This document shows, one piece after another, positions 58,318 through 64,000 of a stretch of DNA of 64,000 nt. Position numbers and translations under genes: made by a program. The first letter of the stretch is position 1. The number at the start of each line of letters is the position of its first letter. The notes beneath the pieces were generated by a model. It was not told the origin of the DNA, did not search any database, and saw only the letters and a program-made list of their open reading frames with translations. Source of the DNA: Eledone cirrhosa (taxonomy: Eukaryota); the NCBI GenBank assembly GCA_964016885.1, contig OZ024741.1:286130001-286194000 (forward strand), read 5' to 3'.

Positions 58318-59297
58318 ATAGTCCCAACGTGCATCTAGGATTCCATTCCAGTCCCACTCTAACAGCAGGGAGCGGGACGTTCCCAGAAAAGTCTATAGAC
58401 GTTTGAAGAAGTTTGGCTGCGGTGTCCCGGATGAGCATATGATGACACCAGCCTGAAGGCTCCACCTTTACTACTGTCAACGTCTAGGACCACCAGTCGA
58501 CCTTCCGGGTCCAGATGTACCGTCTGCGTTACGAGGTCCAGGTGTTTCCGCAGCAAAACGGCAACCCCACTTCCCGGCTGACAGAGAGATGCGTAGATCC
58601 CAAAGTCGTCGAAGATGGGGGCCAGTTGTCGCCCGCTGTGGATCAGGAGGCTCTCAGGTGACCCCTGCTTAATCAGTGGTAACATGAGGGCCGCCTACCT
58701 TCGACCGTAATGTTTATGTATATAAGCCCATCCAGCAACAGACGTTTCTGGATCCTAGCTATTCGTTCTGGTGTCATTTGGACCAGAACTTCCAGGCTAG
58801 TTCCGCTGAACAGGTCGCCGGAGGACTTACCTACCGATATTATATAGTCTGTTTCGTTGTTTAAAAATCCACATAGTACCCACTAAATGTCAATATTTGG
58901 TGTGATACTTTGTATTTTTATTTTCTGTGTTCTTTTCCCCATTGGCGACACAGAATATTTATGTGCCGTCAATTGGTCTTTCATTAGAATGGATAAACTC
59001 CCGTAGAGTCTACCCTTCTGAATAAAAGCAATGTCTTTTAAGGCATTTTTTAAAGCCAACTCAATTTGGCCTTGTGAAAGTTGAGTCGGTTTTCGTGTTT
59101 TATTTGAGATTGTCCTGAAAATCACAGTTTTCAAGGCAGCTTCTCTTCGCAAATCTGGGGGAGAGTTTATGGAGAATGATCCGTTCTCCCCAAAAGTTAC
59201 ATATTGTCTGGCGTTATTCAAAAGCTCATTTGTATTTGAAATATCTACTTACCGTTTTCTTTACGGTTTGCGCAAATGATATTTTGTCGTTTACTTC

Positions 59298-59497
59298 NNN
59301 NNNNNNNNNNNNNNNNNNNNNNNNNNNNNNNNNNNNNNNNNNNNNNNNNNNNNNNNNNNNNNNNNNNNNNNNNNNNNNNNNNNNNNNNNNNNNNNNNNNN
59401 NNNNNNNNNNNNNNNNNNNNNNNNNNNNNNNNNNNNNNNNNNNNNNNNNNNNNNNNNNNNNNNNNNNNNNNNNNNNNNNNNNNNNNNNNNNNNNNNN
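59298..59497. other. Assembly gap (200 N)
   Basis: Direct reading. Confidence 1.
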
Positions 59498-60010
59498 TGT
59501 TGTCGGGGTGGGTTTTAAACATATCGAAGTGTTTCAACGAGGCGGTGCGAGCTGCTTCTTGGCTTGACAGTTTTACCGTCCCTCCACCACCTCTGTCTAA
59601 TTGTTGGCTGACAGATGTGATGTTGTTGTTGTTTTTGTTGCTGTTGTTGTTGCTGTTGTTGGTGATGGTGGTGATAGCAACAGACAGGCAGCCTTCACCT
59701 ACTACTAGTACTGTGGAAGGTGATATTAACAGCCCATCTCCACAATTCTCTGATGTGTTTTTTGTGAAGATGAGGTCAAAGAATTTGGCCATTTTGGCTA
59801 TATTCAAAATTCCGGTAGAAATTTTGTGGAATTTCTCCGTTTTTCGCCCTGATGGGCTTATTATTTGGGGTTGCGACCACCTGCAAAGTGTAGGGTGGCA
59901 GCTTATCTACAAAATGGTGTAAGAATGTAGATTAAGTTAATGCAATTTCCAATGAAATTAAAACATTTACTCACCAGCGCGTTTTCCACGTGTTAGACAG
60001 AAGATAGATA

Positions 60011-60035
60011 TATTTCTTTATTTACCATAAAGGCA
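60011..60035 (-). mobile_element. 25-bp Tx1 3'-terminus insertion with 17-bp target-site duplication
   Basis: TATTTCTTTATTTACCATAAAGGCA (24/25 identical to 50161-50185) flanked by TAGACAGAAGATAGATA at 59994-60010 and 60036-60052. Confidence 0.85.
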
Positions 60036-60042
60036 TAGACAG

Positions 60043-60044
<2 letters not shown>

Positions 60045-60140
<96 letters not shown>

Positions 60141-60146
60141 GATAGA
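60045..60146. repeat. (GATA)n microsatellite
   Basis: Direct reading. Confidence 0.95.
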
Positions 60147-61250
60147 TTTTAAAAAAACTATAAATCAAACAAATCAAGAAAGACGACAAAACTAGAAAAT
60201 TTGTAAAAATAAATAATTAAGCAAATAAATGCATAAATATATGAAAAGAACAACAAAAGAAAATGAAAATGAAAAAAATCCTCGAGTCAAACGTTTGTGT
60301 TCAGTTAATTGTAAATAGTGGCTGAACCGTAACATAATGGGGAAGCAAGAGCATTATTAATGTTACAACTGATTCGCTTTTTTATGTAGTACACGCTGTA
60401 CCGGTGTTTCAAAGAAATCAATGTAAAATTGTTAACTGCTTTATTAAGCGCTTCTATTATCACATCAAATCCGATACAGCCCCACACGAATTCAGCAATG
60501 CGGACTTATAGAAGAAAACTAAAGTCAACTTTACATTCTAACCTCTGTACTTTGACGTTGAAGTATAGGGACCGTGGGGCGGCCAGTGCGTGGACCACTG
60601 TTTGCTTACTATAGTGAGAGATGGGGGAGAGCGGGAGAGACGGAGACAGTGACAGTGGGAGCTTGGTTCTTTTGTGTTCGGACCTGGTGTATATGTATAT
60701 ATTTCCCGAACACACACATCTACTCGAGGTGGAGTGGCTGTTCCAGTGCGTCTCTCCCAATGTCCTCAGGACCAATGTATCATATTTTCCATCCTGTCGG
60801 CTGTGTCTAAGAGGTAGAGAGTAAGATAGCTGGTGGTAGAGGATACCCACTTGGATGTCATGCATATACATACATACATATATGATGGCTTCCCACTCGT
60901 TATCGAGTATGGCCATTGCACGATATAACATTATTAATAATTATCAATTAATGCTATCGTGCAATGCCTGTGCGTGAAGATTCTTTTTTTAAGTGAGGAA
61001 AGTCTGTGCACTGAGCCAAACCCACTCTGTGAGCGACAGTTGCTATAACCTCAAAAGAAAAAAATATGAACATCATCGGAAACTACTGAGCCGCAGGTTT
61101 TATGTCGGAGTTATCCCAGTTTCCTGAGTTGCCTTTTCCTAGAAGAATGCCCTGACAAAGGCTAGAGTTCCTTCACTCCCAGTGGGTTAACTGCGTGATC
61201 GGGTGTCCAGCCCGATTATTTCTATGTCCCCGCGCATATACATTCACATG

Positions 61251-61307
<57 letters not shown>

Positions 61308-61399
61308 GCATACATATTTACACATTTTGGGATGGCCGTTGACTCTTATGCATACATTAGTCGCATATTTTGGTGTGGGAGACTATTCATTAAATTTAA

Positions 61400-64000
61400 G
61401 ATGAATACTATCTCTGACAGTAATGTCACAACTACCAGTTATGTTGAATAACTGGGTATTCTTCTAACTATATCTACTGAAGACACCTTTTATTAGAATT
61501 CGTAGGGATATCCGACTAAATACATCATTCATTTTACAAGGTTTTGCTACAAACAGCATGGCTGAACACAACATCAACAACAACGACATTAAGGAAGTAC
61601 TGAAGAAAAACAACGAGAAAGGTAAACACAATTTATTCAGTTGTAGCTACAGAAGAAACCGAAATTATAAATTGCATTTCTCTTAGAGTTGCGAACTTAA
61701 TGATGATTTATTTAATTGTTATAAAATGGCAAAAAACAACCCCTCCATTGGCTATATGAACAGAATGCAGCTACACTGGGACGAAATACACCCAAAGCTA
61801 AATCACTTCACAGCGAAACAATTACGCCCAAGCCAACGTTTGTTGAAATATTATTAATTGTAAGTCCCCCATAACAAACATGGGATCAAAAACACGTGCT
61901 ACAGGTTGCCATGATATTAGACTTCCTAGCAGCCGGGTCGAACTGTGCCTTGAAACAACTATGCCTGTAAGAAACTTGACACCACCTGTACCATCTAAGT
62001 ATACCTCGAATGCTGGGGAAAAAACTATCGATAATAATAATAATCGAAGAAATTTTACACCATGTGTACCATCCGAGTCTATCTCGACTATTGTGGAAAA
62101 TACTATCGATAATGATAATAATTGTTTCTACTTTTGGTACAAGGCCAGCAATTATCACAGTGTATTACTGGTACTTTATTTTATCGACCCCGTAAGGATG
62201 AAAGGCAAAGTTAACCTCGGTGGGATTTGAACTCAGACCATAATCAAAAGAATAAACAATTGAAAATTTCCCTCAACGAAATCTTCCAGAGAGAAATTAA
62301 TTCATGTATAAATATTTCTCTTGCTAAACGTATTAAAACAACAATATTTAATTTAAAAAAAAAAACAAATAATGAAATATTACGTGTTATTGATGAAATA
62401 GGGGATGAATATTTACGACGGATCAAAACTTGAACATTTTGGCAAATCAACGCCTGTTTATATGCCTTTGCAATGACAGTGAAACAGTATCTTGGTGATA
62501 GAAGAGATATTAACCAGAACAAAACACCACCAAAAATACCATCATATATAACTAAAATATAAAAAAAGATTGCTGACCTACAAAAAACCATGGGATATGT
62601 GACAATGCTCCTTACATGCAAACAAACACAAAAAAACCTCACTCCTCACCAACAAAGAGTGAAAAATGAAATAGAGACGATGTTTGGTAACAGTAGAACT
62701 AGAACTCTTCAATGTAAGCTGATCATCCTCAAACAAGAATAGAGAGCTGTTAGTGAAAAACGCCGATACCTGAAGAAGGTAGATGAAAGAAAAGTGCTTA
62801 ATAAAAGATTCAGACGAAACCAAACATCAGTCTATAGAGATATGAAGGGCAAAATAATAAGTGTCACTGAGGCCCCATCCCAGAAAGACATAGATTTCTT
62901 TTGGGGTGAAAAGAAGAATTTCAACCATGATGCAGTGTGGTTAAAAGAAATCCGAAAGAACTATTGCTCCTACACTACAACAAAAACATACGAAATAAGT
63001 GAGGGTACCCTTGAGACTGTGATAGGAAAACTCCAAGAAGAAAATACCAGCTACTGGTACAAAAAATTGCTATTCGATCGGAGGTATCTTACTGACATCT
63101 AACAACAATTCTTAAGGGAGATACACTTATACCAGAAGGTTTGGCATTAGCACAAACATTACTGGTCCCCAAGAACAAAGACACCCACTTGGCAAAAAAC
63201 TACCAACCCATTGCAACCTATTGATGTATAAGATATATACAGCCTGCCTCAACCTATTCCTCGAAGATCACTGTGAAAATAATAACATCATCACAGATGA
63301 ACAAGCAGCTGGAAAGAAAAGGGTTTGGGGATGTGCTGAACAACTCCTAATCAACAAAACTGCGATGTCGGAGGAGCGACAACTTAGGAGGAATATGGCT
63401 ACAGTCTGGCTGGTCTACAGGAAAGCTTTCTATTCTGTTCCCCATCTTGGATGATAGAGGCCCTGCAACTTGCTAATGTCCCAGACATTATTATCAGAGC
63501 CATAGAGAAGCTGTCTTCTTCTTGGGCTACTATCGTAAGGATAGAGGGAGGACTCTATTTTCGCTGATAAAATAAAATATCGTAGGGGTATGTTTCAGGG
63601 AGACAGTCTCACTGTCATATTATTCATCCTGTCATTAAACCCCTTGTCCTTTCTACATTGGCTCACATGAGAACAGAAATACAAACCTAACCCATAATTT
63701 CTTTGCGGATGATCTGAAACTCTATGCCAACAACATGGATGGGATGAAGAAAAATCTTGACCTGGTTACAACTTTCTCAAAGGATATAGGAATGGAGTTT
63801 AGCCAAGGTAAATGCTCATACATGACTGTAAAGCGGGGAAATCAACAACCCAATCTAGCAACATTGTCATCAATGGCCTAACTGTTTCACCGATATCTGA
63901 TGAGGACTGCTACAGATACCTAGGGATAGTTGAGAACACATCCTATAATGATATCTTGAATGTCGCATCATATCCCTTCGACAACATCTACGAACCTCGA
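61400..64000 (+). mobile_element. R4/Dong-like non-LTR retrotransposon, decayed, runs off window
   Basis: AKNYQPI, MYKIYTACL, EQAAGKKRVWGCAEQLLIN, VWLVYRKAFYSVPH, RGMFQGDSL, FADDLKLY, DIGMEF, YRYLG; many stops. Confidence 0.8.
62118..62240 (-). mobile_element. SINE subfamily A 3' part nested in the R4/Dong-like element
   Basis: Matches 46531-46655. Confidence 0.8.

Larger units (their letters stand above)
56127..59993 (-). mobile_element. Second Tx1-clade element (sister subfamily) with internal deletions
   Basis: ORF1 pieces (ISFAQTVKK, VIFRTISN, MGKRTQKI, VEGRRPSC), EN pieces and a 641-aa EN-RT fusion ORF; spans the gap. Confidence 0.9.

Noticed and set aside
51208-58321. Plus-strand ORFs conserved between the two Tx1 copies
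   Set aside because: Antisense shadows of the conserved RT frame
63896-63910. CTGATGAG motif
   Set aside because: Within LINE RT coding sequence, no hammerhead stems

Overview
AT-rich eukaryotic, repeat-dominated DNA with no host gene that I can support. The tRNA-derived SINEs and (TA)n/(GT)n/(GATA)n load resemble octopod cephalopod genomes (inference). Most ORF-track entries are microsatellite artefacts. Two systems stand out. (1) Between (TA)n tracts lie many short, non-coding elements from about ten unrelated families that carry type I hammerhead ribozymes (HHRs). They occur as partial tandems (monomers of about 319, 445-470, 486 and 635 nt) and/or fold-back inversions, i.e. Penelope-like/retrozyme architecture. 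Several show recurrent non-canonical cores (U10.1-U11.1, U3-A8, A4). Two GIY-YIG Penelope-like remnants are nearby. (2) A head-to-tail stack of Tx1/L1-clade non-LTR retrotransposons (49.5-60.05 kb, minus strand) has every 3' end abutting (TATC)n, including a 25-bp insert with a 17-bp target-site duplication, suggesting a GATA-microsatellite-targeting family. Decayed RTE, CR1-group and R4/Dong-like LINEs, SINEs, a mariner-type MITE and a 200-N gap are also present. All RNA structures were paired by eye; boundaries of decayed repeats are approximate.
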